DNA of 64,000 bases from NCBI GenBank assembly GCA_012523545.1, contig JAAYIH010000036.1, forward strand, positions 37,978 through 101,977, given 5' to 3'. The translations under genes and the position numbers were made by a program. This document shows, piece by piece, positions 1 to 8,426 of the stretch; position 1 is the stretch's first letter, and every line of letters begins with the position of its first letter. The stretch comes from Bacillota bacterium (lineage in GTDB: Bacteria > Bacillota > Proteinivoracia > UBA4975). Below the pieces are notes generated by a model, which made no database searches, had not been told where the DNA came from, and saw nothing but the letters and a program-made list of their open reading frames with translations.

Positions 1-2
1 AT

Positions 3-257
3 GTGGTCTCCATCCTGGGAAAAATGCGCCAGCCTTTACAGGCTTTGGAAATACAAGTGGTCGGCGAGAGGCAGGAGGAGCATCCGCGCTATTTTCGCAC
101 CATTACCATCAAGTACCTGTTAAAAGGCAATCTGGACCCGGAAAAAGTAAAGCACGCCATTGAGTTGTCCCTGAACAAATACTGTTCGGTGACCAATGGC
201 CTGGCCCCCAAAGCCAGGATAACCTATGCTTTTGAAATCAGCGGCGGCAATGAGTAG
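3..257 (+). CDS. OsmC/YhfA-family protein, 5'-truncated by the window edge
   Basis: C-terminal half with 'AIELSLNKYCSV' (the second conserved OsmC Cys); the real start lies upstream of the window. Confidence 0.75.
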   Translation: MVSILGKMRQPLQALEIQVVGERQEEHPRYFRTITIKYLLKGNLDPEKVKHAIELSLNKYCSVTNGLAPKARITYAFEISGGNE

Positions 258-324
258 CAGTGTTTGCGCGTAATGCCATGCCTGGTGAGTCCGGGCAATA
301 AACCAGGAAGGAGGGCTGTTCCGG

Positions 325-531
325 ATGAGCAAACTGACCATAAAAATCGAAGGAATGTCCTGCCAGCACTGCAAAATGGCGTTGGAAAAAGCCATCGGCC
401 AGCTGGAAGGGGTAAATTCGGTGGAAGTGGATTTGGAGGCGGGCACTGCTTCCATTGAGGTGGCCAATGCCGACCTGCAGGACAAAATTATCGAGACCAT
501 TAAAGAAGCCGGTTATACGCCGGTTCAATAG
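325..531 (+). CDS. copZ: Copper chaperone, single HMA domain
   Basis: 68 aa, GMSCQHC metal-binding motif, C-terminal AGY; RBS GAAGGAGG upstream. Confidence 0.9.
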   Translation: MSKLTIKIEGMSCQHCKMALEKAIGQLEGVNSVEVDLEAGTASIEVANADLQDKIIETIKEAGYTPVQ

Positions 532-534
532 GAC

Positions 535-563
535 TTGACCACGGCACAGGAAAGCGCTATAAT
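535..563 (+). promoter_or_regulatory. sigmaA-type promoter for ccdA-tlpA
   Basis: TTGACC (535-540), 17-nt spacer, TATAAT (558-563). Confidence 0.75.
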
Positions 564-570
564 GTATTCC

Positions 571-593
571 AATATACCTGTAGGGGGTATATT
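571..593. promoter_or_regulatory. CsoR/CstR-family operator overlapping the ccdA RBS
   Basis: AATATACC-TGTAGGG-GGTATATT: perfect 8-bp inverted repeat around a 7-nt G-tract spacer, the TACC-N7-GGTA architecture of CsoR-family operators; copZ is adjacent. Confidence 0.7.
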
Positions 594-1253
594 ATGTCGA
601 TTCCTGTGGCCTTTGCGGCAGGTGTTGCCGCCTTTTTTTCTCCTTGCGTACTGCCTTTGCTGCCGGTGTGGCTGGCTTTCCTGAGCGGCAGCAGGGCGGA
701 GTCCAAAGGCAGCCTGGCCGTCAACCTGCTCTTTTTCGCCGCCGGGTTCGCCGTCGTTTTCACGGCCATGGGCGCCACCGCCACTGCCCTGGGTACGTGG
801 TTAGGCGCAAACCGGACCCTGCTGAGCAGGGTGGGGGGCGCAGTGTTGTTAATCTTCGGTTTACAGATGACGGGGTGGTGGCAGGTTCCTCTTTTGCAGC
901 GCAAGCTGGGAATATCTTTCCGCCCCCGGCAGAGCAGAGCGGGCTATTTTCTCTTCGGTGTAGTGCTGGCTTTGGGCTGGACTCCCTGCGTGGGAATCTG
1001 GCTGGCATCGATCCTCATGCTGGCCGGCAGCCAGGAAACGGTGTGGCAGGGGATGCTCCTCCTCTTTGTCTTTTCCCTGGGCTTTGCCCTGCCCTTTTTT
1101 GCCGCAGGTTTGTTCATTGACGCAGTTGCCCTGGGCAAAGTATCCCGCCGCATATCCCGCGCTTTGCAATGGGGGGCGGGCCTGGTTCTGATTGTCATGG
1201 GGTTGCTCTTAATTTTTAACCGCTGGCATTGGATACAAAATTTCTTTACCTAA
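594..1253 (+). CDS. ccdA: Cytochrome c biogenesis / thiol-disulfide transporter CcdA (DsbD-beta)
   Basis: FFSPCVLPL and GWTPCVG motifs, about 6 TM segments. Confidence 0.9.
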   Translation: MSIPVAFAAGVAAFFSPCVLPLLPVWLAFLSGSRAESKGSLAVNLLFFAAGFAVVFTAMGATATALGTWLGANRTLLSRVGGAVLLIFGLQMTGWWQVPLLQRKLGISFRPRQSRAGYFLFGVVLALGWTPCVGIWLASILMLAGSQETVWQGMLLLFVFSLGFALPFFAAGLFIDAVALGKVSRRISRALQWGAGLVLIVMGLLLIFNRWHWIQNFFT

Positions 1254-1269
1254 GGAAGGAGAAGACCGA

Positions 1270-1776
1270 ATGCGTAAATTGCTCGTGTTGCTGGTTGTCA
1301 CTGTCCTGGGGCTTGCCGGTTGTTTCGCGCGGACGCCGGCCCTTCCCGAGCCCCCGGAACCCAATGACGATGAAAACCAGGCCGTTGCTGCGCCGGACTT
1401 TGAGTTGCAGGACCTGGACGGCGGCGTGTGGCGTTTGCGGGATCTCAGGGGCGATGTAGTTATTTTGTATTTTTGGCACGGTAATTGTCCCACCTGCGTG
1501 GCCAAACTGCCCGACCTGGCCGGGCTGGAGCAAAGGCTTCCGGAAGACGTGCACCTGTTGCTCCTCAACGGCGGGGATTCCCGGGAAAAGGTGGAAAAAT
1601 TGCTGGCCGATTATCCCAATTTGACGGTGCTGCTCGATTCTGAACAGGCATTCAGGGCATATGCCATTACCCATGTCCCCACCACAGTGTTTGTGGATCG
1701 GGCGGGCAACGTGTATCGGGGTTACATCGGGCCGCTGCCCAATGATTATATCCTGAGCATTGTCAATGGTCTTTGA
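1270..1776 (+). CDS. TlpA/ResA-like thioredoxin lipoprotein
   Basis: Lipobox LAGC, APDFELQDLDG, CPTC active site, VPTTVFVDRAG (cis-Pro loop). Confidence 0.85.
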   Translation: MRKLLVLLVVTVLGLAGCFARTPALPEPPEPNDDENQAVAAPDFELQDLDGGVWRLRDLRGDVVILYFWHGNCPTCVAKLPDLAGLEQRLPEDVHLLLLNGGDSREKVEKLLADYPNLTVLLDSEQAFRAYAITHVPTTVFVDRAGNVYRGYIGPLPNDYILSIVNGL

Positions 1777-1780
1777 CCAG

Positions 1781-1808
1781 CAGGGAGCCGGAAGGCTCCC
1801 TGTTTTAT
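1781..1808 (+). terminator. Intrinsic terminator after tlpA
   Basis: CAGGGAGCC-GGAA-GGCTCCCTG followed by TTTTATT. Confidence 0.85.
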
Positions 1809-1886
1809 TGGACTGACTTGACGGGCGCAGGCCTGTTCTATTTCCCTCTGCGGCGAAATAAATATTGCACTGGGAGGGAATGGCTG

Positions 1887-2756
1887 ATGACCAAAAAAAG
1901 TTTAAAGTTTTTGGTAGTCTTTTTCAGCAAAAACCGGAAACTGTTTTTGTCCATTGCCACTTTGGCGGCCATTGTGGCTGCCGTTTGGCTGATTGCCTCG
2001 GTTACCAACTGGCTGGCTGCCGTCGACCGGGAAAAATCAGTGCCCTGGACTGTGGTGACAGAAGACAGGGACTGGCAGGGCACAGCTGCTCAGGCTTCGC
2101 TGCCCAGGTTTTTTGTGGCCGGGGGCTTGACCTATGACAAGAAAATTCTCGTCGAAGGCTGGGGAATGTCCGAGGACCTGTTGCAGCCTGTGGATTACAT
2201 GGAAGAGCTGGGCATACATTTAATTTGCGGCGATGTGGAAAAAATTATATATGCCGACCGCAAATTAAGCGTGTTTGTTGCTGAGCGGGATGCAGGCTAC
2301 AAGCTGATCACAGTGTCCAAAGCCCATTTGGAGGAAGGCGATCTGCAGATAGTGTTCCTCGATGCCAAGGGTTCTCCCCTGGGTTATGAAGAGGAGTACG
2401 TCTATTCCATTCCCATGGCCTACACCGTGGTGGACTCAGGGCAGGCCGAAAGCAAGTCGACGGCAATGTTTATGGAGATCCTGGATTCTGAGACTTTGCC
2501 GGTGCTGACGGGCCTGGATGCCTCTCTGTTGCTGAAATATCCCGATTCAGTGTTCTTTTATATTCAAGGCGGGAAAGTGTCCACCGTTCAGCGCAGCAAT
2601 AACACCGTGCGGGTGTATGTCGAGCCCGGGCAGTTTTACCAGGTGGTAACGGTGCCTGCTGCGCTCTTTAAACCGGGACAAAACACCATTCGCCTCATCG
2701 ACAATTCAGACCTCAGCGTCAAAGGGCAAATTATTTTCCTGCACCCGGGAACATGA
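1887..2756 (+). CDS. Hypothetical membrane-anchored protein with an apparent tandem beta-rich domain duplication
   Basis: RBS GGAGGG at 1873-1878 supports ATG 1887 rather than the ORF-track start 1773; N-terminal TM helix; two similar halves. Confidence 0.7.
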   Translation: MTKKSLKFLVVFFSKNRKLFLSIATLAAIVAAVWLIASVTNWLAAVDREKSVPWTVVTEDRDWQGTAAQASLPRFFVAGGLTYDKKILVEGWGMSEDLLQPVDYMEELGIHLICGDVEKIIYADRKLSVFVAERDAGYKLITVSKAHLEEGDLQIVFLDAKGSPLGYEEEYVYSIPMAYTVVDSGQAESKSTAMFMEILDSETLPVLTGLDASLLLKYPDSVFFYIQGGKVSTVQRSNNTVRVYVEPGQFYQVVTVPAALFKPGQNTIRLIDNSDLSVKGQIIFLHPGT

Positions 2757-2774
2757 AAGGATTTTTGGCTGCAA

Positions 2775-2975
2775 ATGGAGAAACTAAATACGACAAAATA
2801 CCTAAAGGGGCTGGTTGCGCTGGACACGGCAGTGTACGTCGAGTTCGTCTGTCTGACCTGCGGACTGCAGGGAGCCTTCACCGGGCAAGGCGGTGCAAAG
2901 GAGAGTTGCCCCAAATGCGGGGAAAAGGTGATTTCCCGGATTCAGCCCGATAACCAGGTGCACGCATTGGTTTGA
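2775..2975 (+). CDS. Small zinc-ribbon protein (CxxC...CxxC)
   Basis: 66 aa with CLTC and CPKC; AAAGGA about 12 nt upstream; followed by a terminator. Confidence 0.55.
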   Translation: MEKLNTTKYLKGLVALDTAVYVEFVCLTCGLQGAFTGQGGAKESCPKCGEKVISRIQPDNQVHALV

Positions 2976-3006
2976 CGACTTGGTGAGAAAAAATTTTTGA
3001 GCAAAT

Positions 3007-3027
3007 TCGGCGCGAGCCGGTTTTTTT
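3007..3027 (+). terminator. Intrinsic terminator
   Basis: TCGGC-GCGA-GCCGG (GNRA loop) plus T7. Confidence 0.6.
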
Positions 3028-3046
3028 ATTTTTTTTTTTGCGCAAA

Positions 3047-3074
3047 GCAGGAATTTGGAGGGGGAGGGGAGAAT
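3047..3074 (+). promoter_or_regulatory. sigmaH-type promoter upstream of mraZ
   Basis: GCAGGAATT-N12-GGAGAAT, matching the RNAGGAWWW-N11/12-RNNGAAT consensus. Confidence 0.6.
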
Positions 3075-3084
3075 AAGAAGGTAA

Positions 3085-3110
3085 AAGTGGTGCCAAGTGG
3101 GGGAAAGTGG
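3085..3110 (+). promoter_or_regulatory. MraZ binding repeats
   Basis: Three AAGTGG direct repeats at 10-bp periodicity (3085, 3095, 3105) just upstream of mraZ. Confidence 0.8.
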
Positions 3111-3123
3111 AGGAGGGGGGCAG

Positions 3124-3549
3124 ATGTTCTTAGGCGAGTACCAGCACAGCATAGATGATAAGGGCCGCGTCATTATGCCTGCCCGCTTCCGGGAACAATT
3201 GGGCGATTCCTTCATTATTACCCGGGGCCTGGACGGGTGCCTCTTCGTTTATCCCCAGGAAGAATGGGCCAAACTAGCCAAAGAGGTGCAGAGTTTGCCC
3301 CTGGCCAAAAGGGATGCCCGGGCTTTTAGCCGTCTGCTCTTTTCCGGCGCCGCCGAACTGGAGTGCGACAAGCAGGGCAGGGTATCCATTCCCTCCCTGC
3401 TGAGGGAATATGCGCAAATCAATAAAGATGTAGTCATCGTTGGCGTGTCCGAGCGCCTGGAAATCTGGGCCGCCGAGCGGTGGGCGGAAATCAGCCGGGA
3501 CATCCTGGACAGATTTGAAGAGTTGGCGGAAAAGCTGGAGGGGTTTTAA
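3124..3549 (+). CDS. mraZ: Division/cell wall cluster repressor MraZ
   Basis: MFLGEYQHSIDDKGRV and DKQGRV repeats; start re-picked to ATG 3124. Confidence 0.97.
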   Translation: MFLGEYQHSIDDKGRVIMPARFREQLGDSFIITRGLDGCLFVYPQEEWAKLAKEVQSLPLAKRDARAFSRLLFSGAAELECDKQGRVSIPSLLREYAQINKDVVIVGVSERLEIWAAERWAEISRDILDRFEELAEKLEGF

Positions 3550-3552
3550 CCC

Positions 3553-4500
3553 GTGGAATATTACCATAAGCCGGTTTTGCTTAAGGAAGTTCTGGAGATC
3601 CTGCAACCCGCAGGCAAGACTACCATCGTCGATTGCACGGTGGGCGGAGGCGGGCACGCTCTGGCTTTGCGTCGTCTGCTGCCTCCCCGCGGGTGGCTGA
3701 TTGGCATTGACCAGGACGAAGACGCTTTGCAGGCAGCGGAAAAACGCCTGGCGGGCTGGGACAACGTTCGCCTTCTCAAAGGCAACTTCAGTCAGCTTCG
3801 CCAGCTTCTGTCTCAATGGGAACTGCCCATTGACGGATTTCTCTTTGATTTGGGCGTTTCTTCCTGGCAGCTGGACAATCCCGAGCGCGGGTTTTCCTAT
3901 CAGCACAATGCGCCGCTGGACATGCGCATGGACCAGTCCCGCAGTCTGACGGCGAAAGCAATAATCAACACGTGGCCCCAAAGGGAGCTTGCCTTTATTT
4001 TTCGCGCATACGGGGAAGAAAAGTGGGCATCCCGCATTGCCCAGTTCATCGTTCGGCAGCGGGAGTCCGCGCCCATTGAAACCACCGGCAGGCTGGTGGA
4101 GATTATCAAGGCTGCGATACCCGCTGCGGCCCGGCGAGAAGGCGGGCATCCCGGACGGCGGGTGTTCCAGGCCCTGCGCATCGCCGTTAATTCCGAGCTA
4201 GACAGCCTGCGCCAGGGATTAACGGCGGCAATGGATTTGTGTGCTCCGGGCGGGGTTGTAGCAGTAATATCCTACCACTCTCTGGAAGACAGGATTGTCA
4301 AACAACTGATGCGGGACAGAGCCAGAGAGTGCATTTGTCCGCCGGAGGCTCCGGTTTGCCGCTGCGACTGCAGCCCGCAGGTAAAAATATTAACCCGCAA
4401 ACCAGTGGCGCCCAGCGCAGAAGAAATACGGGAAAATCCCCGTTCCCGCAGCGCCAAGCTCAGAGCCTGCGCAGTTCTAAAGCAATTTGGGGGTGAATAG
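3553..4500 (+). CDS. rsmH: 16S rRNA C1402 N4-methyltransferase
   Basis: HKPVLL, DCTVGGGGH, DLGVSSWQLD, FQALRIAVN, HSLEDRIVK, NPRSRSAKLR. Confidence 0.97.
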   Translation: MEYYHKPVLLKEVLEILQPAGKTTIVDCTVGGGGHALALRRLLPPRGWLIGIDQDEDALQAAEKRLAGWDNVRLLKGNFSQLRQLLSQWELPIDGFLFDLGVSSWQLDNPERGFSYQHNAPLDMRMDQSRSLTAKAIINTWPQRELAFIFRAYGEEKWASRIAQFIVRQRESAPIETTGRLVEIIKAAIPAAARREGGHPGRRVFQALRIAVNSELDSLRQGLTAAMDLCAPGGVVAVISYHSLEDRIVKQLMRDRARECICPPEAPVCRCDCSPQVKILTRKPVAPSAEEIRENPRSRSAKLRACAVLKQFGGE

Positions 4501-4501
4501 C

Positions 4502-4906
4502 ATGGTAGTAGCCAACAATGCCCAAGTTCGAATTCCCAAAGTATACGACTATCCCAGCCAGCGTTCCCAAACGGTCAGCAGACCCCGAATTAAAACCAGG
4601 CTCCGCGTCAATTCCCGCCTGGCGGCGAGGGTGATGGCGGGAGTGTTGATTGTGGCCATGGCCTTACTGGTTGTTTACCGGTACGGACAGATTAACCAGC
4701 TCAACATGGAGATTCGAAAGGACACCAATACCCTTAAGGCTTTGGCTGACGAAAAAAAACATCTGGAAATAACTTATTCTCAACTGACAGCCTTAGACCG
4801 CCTGGAGGAGATCGCCATAAAAGAGCTGGGTTTGCAACATCCGCATTCCGAGCAGGTAAGGTTTGTTGGCGAAATTCCGGAAAGAAGGGATGGGGATGGG
4901 GAGTAG
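4502..4906 (+). CDS. ftsL: FtsL-like / septum formation initiator protein
   Basis: Basic N-terminus, one TM, coiled coil ending 'LDRLEEIAIKELGL'; position after rsmH. Confidence 0.8.
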   Translation: MVVANNAQVRIPKVYDYPSQRSQTVSRPRIKTRLRVNSRLAARVMAGVLIVAMALLVVYRYGQINQLNMEIRKDTNTLKALADEKKHLEITYSQLTALDRLEEIAIKELGLQHPHSEQVRFVGEIPERRDGDGE

Positions 4907-6992
4907 AGTTTCATATGTGCTGGTTCGTCGAAGGCTGCTGGTTACGCTTGCAGTCTTTGCTTTTTTTATGGTTTACTTGGTGGGGCGGCTGGCCTGGATT
5001 CAATTCGTGCAGGGAGAAGAGCTGCAGCAGAAGGCTTTGGCCCAATGGAATCGGCGTTTGACGGTACAGCCCCAGCGGGGCTCCATCTACAGCCGCAACG
5101 GCGCATTGCTGGCGGGCAGCGCTACCGCCGAATCCATCGTTGCCATTCCCTCCGAGGTTAAGGATCCCGCCGGCTATGCGCAAATACTGGCGCCGATTCT
5201 GGAAATGGACGCCGATGTGTTGCAGGAACGTATGGAGCGCAACATGTTTGAAGTTTTTCTTAAACGCAAGGTCGATGACGATGTCGCCCGCGCCGTCAAG
5301 GAGCTTAACCTGCCGGGGATTCGCACCACCATCGAAAGCAAGCGCTTTTACCCGCACGGCAACCTGGCCAGCCATGTGCTGGGCTTTGTGGGGATCGATG
5401 AAGGCCTGGAAGGAATCGAATACTATTATGAAAAAGACCTGAAAGGGAAGGAAGGCTACATTGTCTATGAGGCCGACGCGCTGGGCCGGGAATTGCCCGA
5501 CGCCATTCAGGCGTATTTGCCTCCCATTAACGGGTATGATTTAATCCTGACCATTGATGAAGTCATCCAGCATATCGTGGAACGGGAACTGGATAAAGCC
5601 ATGGAAGAATTTGCCCCGGAAGCGGCGGGAGTGATTGCCGTAGACCCAAAAACCGGCGAGGTTTTGGCCCTGGCCGCCCGGCCTGACTTCTATCCCCAGA
5701 AGTACAGCGAGTATCCTGCCAGTGTTTGGCGCAACCCGCTGATTTCCAATTCTTTTGAGCCCGGATCCACCTTTAAACTGGTGACAATTTCCGCTGCCCT
5801 GGAAGAAGGGGTGGTAAGCTTTCACGACGGGTTTTTCTGCCCCGGGTATTTTACGGCGGGTGGCCGCAACGTAAAGTGCTGGAGCGCCGGGCACGGCCCC
5901 CAGAGCATTAAAGAAGTGCTGTGGAATTCGTGCAACCCCGGGTTTATGTCCATGGGGACCCGGCTGGGCAGCAAAAAGCTCTTTGATTACATATACGCTT
6001 TCGGCTTTGGCAGCAAAACGGGCATTGACCTCCCCGGCGAGCATACGGGGATCCTGTTTAACGTCGAAACCATGACGGCTCTGGATTTGGCGGTGACATC
6101 TTTTGGCCAGGGCAATGCTGTAACGCCCATACAGCAGGTAATGACCGCCGCCGCCATTGCCAATGGCGGAAAACTGATGAAACCCATGATCGTAAAGGAA
6201 ATTCGCAATGAAGAGGGCGAAATCGTCAAGAAGTTTGAGCCCCAGCCCATCCGCCAGGTTATTACCCCGGAAACGGCCCGGGAACTTTCCGAAGTTTTGG
6301 CAGACGGCGTCGAGCGGGGTTCCGGCGTCTTTGCCATGGTGGAGGGATACCGTATCGCCGGCAAGACGGGTACCGCCCAGAAGATTGCCCCCGGCGGGGG
6401 GTATCTCAACAACTTGTTTATCCTTTCTTACGTAGGCTTCGGTCCGGTGGATGACCCTCAGATTGCAATTTACGTGTTTGTCGACGGGGCCACCAGGGGA
6501 TCCAACTGGGGCGGCCAGGTGGCAGGACCGGTGTTCAAGAACATCATGACCGAGGTCATGCGCTACTGGAATATCCCTCCCAGTACCGATGTCGTGTTGC
6601 CCCGCTTGCCCGAGGAAATCGAGGTGCCCAACCTGGTTAACCTCACCGTCACTCAGGCTATAGATCAGGCGGAGGCCGGAGGGTTTGGCCTGCGCATCGT
6701 GGGGCAGGGCGAAGTCATTCTGGCCCAGACTCCCAAACCCGGGGCCATGGTGCCCCATGGCGCCACTTTGATTGTGCACACCGGCGAGGGAGAAGGGCTG
6801 GAGGAAGAGGTTACTGTGCCCGACTTGCAGGGGTTGTCCCTGCGTGAGGCCGGCGATCTCCTGGCCATGGTGGGTTTGCGGCTCAATGCCCGGGGCAGCG
6901 GCATAGCGGTGGCTCAAAACCCGCCGGCAGGGACCAAGGTAAAGGCCGGCAGCGCCATTACCGTGGAGTTTTCTGTACCTGGCAATGACTAG
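4896..6992 (+). CDS. spoVD: Class B PBP with two PASTA domains (SpoVD/FtsI)
   Basis: RGSIY dimerisation domain; STFK, SCN and KTG catalytic motifs; two C-terminal PASTA repeats. Confidence 0.9.
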   Translation: MGSRVSYVLVRRRLLVTLAVFAFFMVYLVGRLAWIQFVQGEELQQKALAQWNRRLTVQPQRGSIYSRNGALLAGSATAESIVAIPSEVKDPAGYAQILAPILEMDADVLQERMERNMFEVFLKRKVDDDVARAVKELNLPGIRTTIESKRFYPHGNLASHVLGFVGIDEGLEGIEYYYEKDLKGKEGYIVYEADALGRELPDAIQAYLPPINGYDLILTIDEVIQHIVERELDKAMEEFAPEAAGVIAVDPKTGEVLALAARPDFYPQKYSEYPASVWRNPLISNSFEPGSTFKLVTISAALEEGVVSFHDGFFCPGYFTAGGRNVKCWSAGHGPQSIKEVLWNSCNPGFMSMGTRLGSKKLFDYIYAFGFGSKTGIDLPGEHTGILFNVETMTALDLAVTSFGQGNAVTPIQQVMTAAAIANGGKLMKPMIVKEIRNEEGEIVKKFEPQPIRQVITPETARELSEVLADGVERGSGVFAMVEGYRIAGKTGTAQKIAPGGGYLNNLFILSYVGFGPVDDPQIAIYVFVDGATRGSNWGGQVAGPVFKNIMTEVMRYWNIPPSTDVVLPRLPEEIEVPNLVNLTVTQAIDQAEAGGFGLRIVGQGEVILAQTPKPGAMVPHGATLIVHTGEGEGLEEEVTVPDLQGLSLREAGDLLAMVGLRLNARGSGIAVAQNPPAGTKVKAGSAITVEFSVPGND

Positions 6993-7002
6993 GCATTGTG
7001 GT

Positions 7003-7025
7003 TTATAATTAGTAAAGTTAATTGG
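7003..7025 (+). promoter_or_regulatory. AT-rich promoter (-10 TATAAT) for murF with a FapR-like 17-mer
   Basis: TATAAT at 7004-7009; no clear -35; TTAGTA-N6-ATTGG at 7009-7025. Confidence 0.4.
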
Positions 7026-7041
7026 CTAAGGGTGGGTAGAA

Positions 7042-8424
7042 ATGCGAATTAAACTGGCGGAAATCATTGCTGCAACCGGAGGTGCTCCGTCGCCCGGCGA
7101 TTACAGTCAAACGGTGAACAATGTCGTCATCGACAGCAGGGAAGCGGGGCCGGGCAGTTTGTTTGTGGCTTTTGCCGGCGCGCGGGCCGACGGCCATGAT
7201 TTTGTTGCCGACAGCGCCCGGGCCGGCGCCGTAGCCGCTTTGGTGCAAAGGGATGTGGAGGCGCCGCCGGGGTTTGTAACCGTGCGGGTGCCCGATACGC
7301 TCCTTGCACTGCAAAGGCTTGCAGGGTGGTACCGCGCCAAGTTTGCCGGCCTGCAGGTTATCGGCATTACGGGCAGCAGCGGCAAAACCACAACCAAGGA
7401 GCTGGTGGCCGGAGTGCTTGAGCAAAAGCACGTCGTGCTCAAATCTCTGGGCAATCATAACAATGAAATCGGATTGCCGCTGACGTTGTTTGCGCTTGAG
7501 GAGCACCACCGGTGGGCGGTTTTGGAGATGGGCATGTCTGCTCCCGGCGAAATCCGCCAGTTGTGTTCCATAAGCAAACCGGGCCTGGGCATCATTACCA
7601 ATATCGGCGAAGCTCATATGGAATACCTTGGCTCCCGGCAAGCGATAGCAGACGCCAAATTTGAGCTGGCCGAACAGCTGGCGCCGCCGGCGGTGATGAT
7701 TCTCAACGGCGACGATCCCTGGCAGCGCCGCCGGGCGCAGGCTGGTTTGCCGGGGGTAAAAAAGATAATCTTTTATGGGTTGCGGCAGGGTGATGTGACG
7801 GCGGCCAACATCGACCGCGACATTCACGGGAGCAGGTTTGATGTGCGCTGGCAGGGAAAAAGCATTGGCGTAACGTTGCCCCTGCCGGGGGAGCACAATA
7901 TCAGCAATGCGCTGGCGGCCTTTGCCGCCGGACTGGTGGCAGAAGTTCCGCCCCAGGCCATTGTGCAGGGGCTGGCCGCGGCCAGGGGAGAAGCCCGGCG
8001 GCTGCAGGCCTTTGATGTCAACGGGTTTACCGTTATTGACGATTCCTACAACGCCAATCCCGATTCCACCCTGCGTGCCCTGGAACTCCTGGGCAGTTAC
8101 CCTTCCGGGCGGCGCAAAGTCGCCTTCCTGGGCAGCATGCTGGAGTTGGGCGCCATTGCCCGGGAAAAGCATCGCCTGATCGGCGCTGCGGCAGTGGAAA
8201 ACAAAGTGAGCCTCCTGGTGGCGGTGGGGGAATTCGCCGAAGATATAAGGCTGGGCGCCATTGAAGCCGGCCTGGCGCCTGAAGCCGCCACTGCCTGGCC
8301 CGACAGCCGGGCCGCCCTGGCGGCAACAGAGAATATTCGCGCCAACGACGTGGTGTTGGTCAAAGGTTCACAGGGTGTACAAATGGACGTAATTGTGAAG
8401 TTCCTCAAGAGGGGGAGGCAGTAA
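7042..8424 (+). CDS. murF: UDP-MurNAc-tripeptide--D-Ala-D-Ala ligase
   Basis: GITGSSGKTTTKE, NHNNEIGLPLT, LEMGM, DDSYNANPDS, GSMLELG, LVKGS. Confidence 0.95.
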   Translation: MRIKLAEIIAATGGAPSPGDYSQTVNNVVIDSREAGPGSLFVAFAGARADGHDFVADSARAGAVAALVQRDVEAPPGFVTVRVPDTLLALQRLAGWYRAKFAGLQVIGITGSSGKTTTKELVAGVLEQKHVVLKSLGNHNNEIGLPLTLFALEEHHRWAVLEMGMSAPGEIRQLCSISKPGLGIITNIGEAHMEYLGSRQAIADAKFELAEQLAPPAVMILNGDDPWQRRRAQAGLPGVKKIIFYGLRQGDVTAANIDRDIHGSRFDVRWQGKSIGVTLPLPGEHNISNALAAFAAGLVAEVPPQAIVQGLAAARGEARRLQAFDVNGFTVIDDSYNANPDSTLRALELLGSYPSGRRKVAFLGSMLELGAIAREKHRLIGAAAVENKVSLLVAVGEFAEDIRLGAIEAGLAPEAATAWPDSRAALAATENIRANDVVLVKGSQGVQMDVIVKFLKRGRQ

Positions 8425-8426
8425 TC

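Noticed and set aside
281-307. CCTGGT/ACCAGG inverted repeat next to the copZ SD (possible riboswitch or attenuator)
   Set aside because: Only 6 bp with a 15-nt loop, no T tract and no recognisable aptamer
2753-2953. Alternative ORF coupled to the upstream stop (ATGA)
   Set aside because: No motif and a weak SD; the overlapping 2775-2975 frame has paired CxxC motifs and is the better candidate
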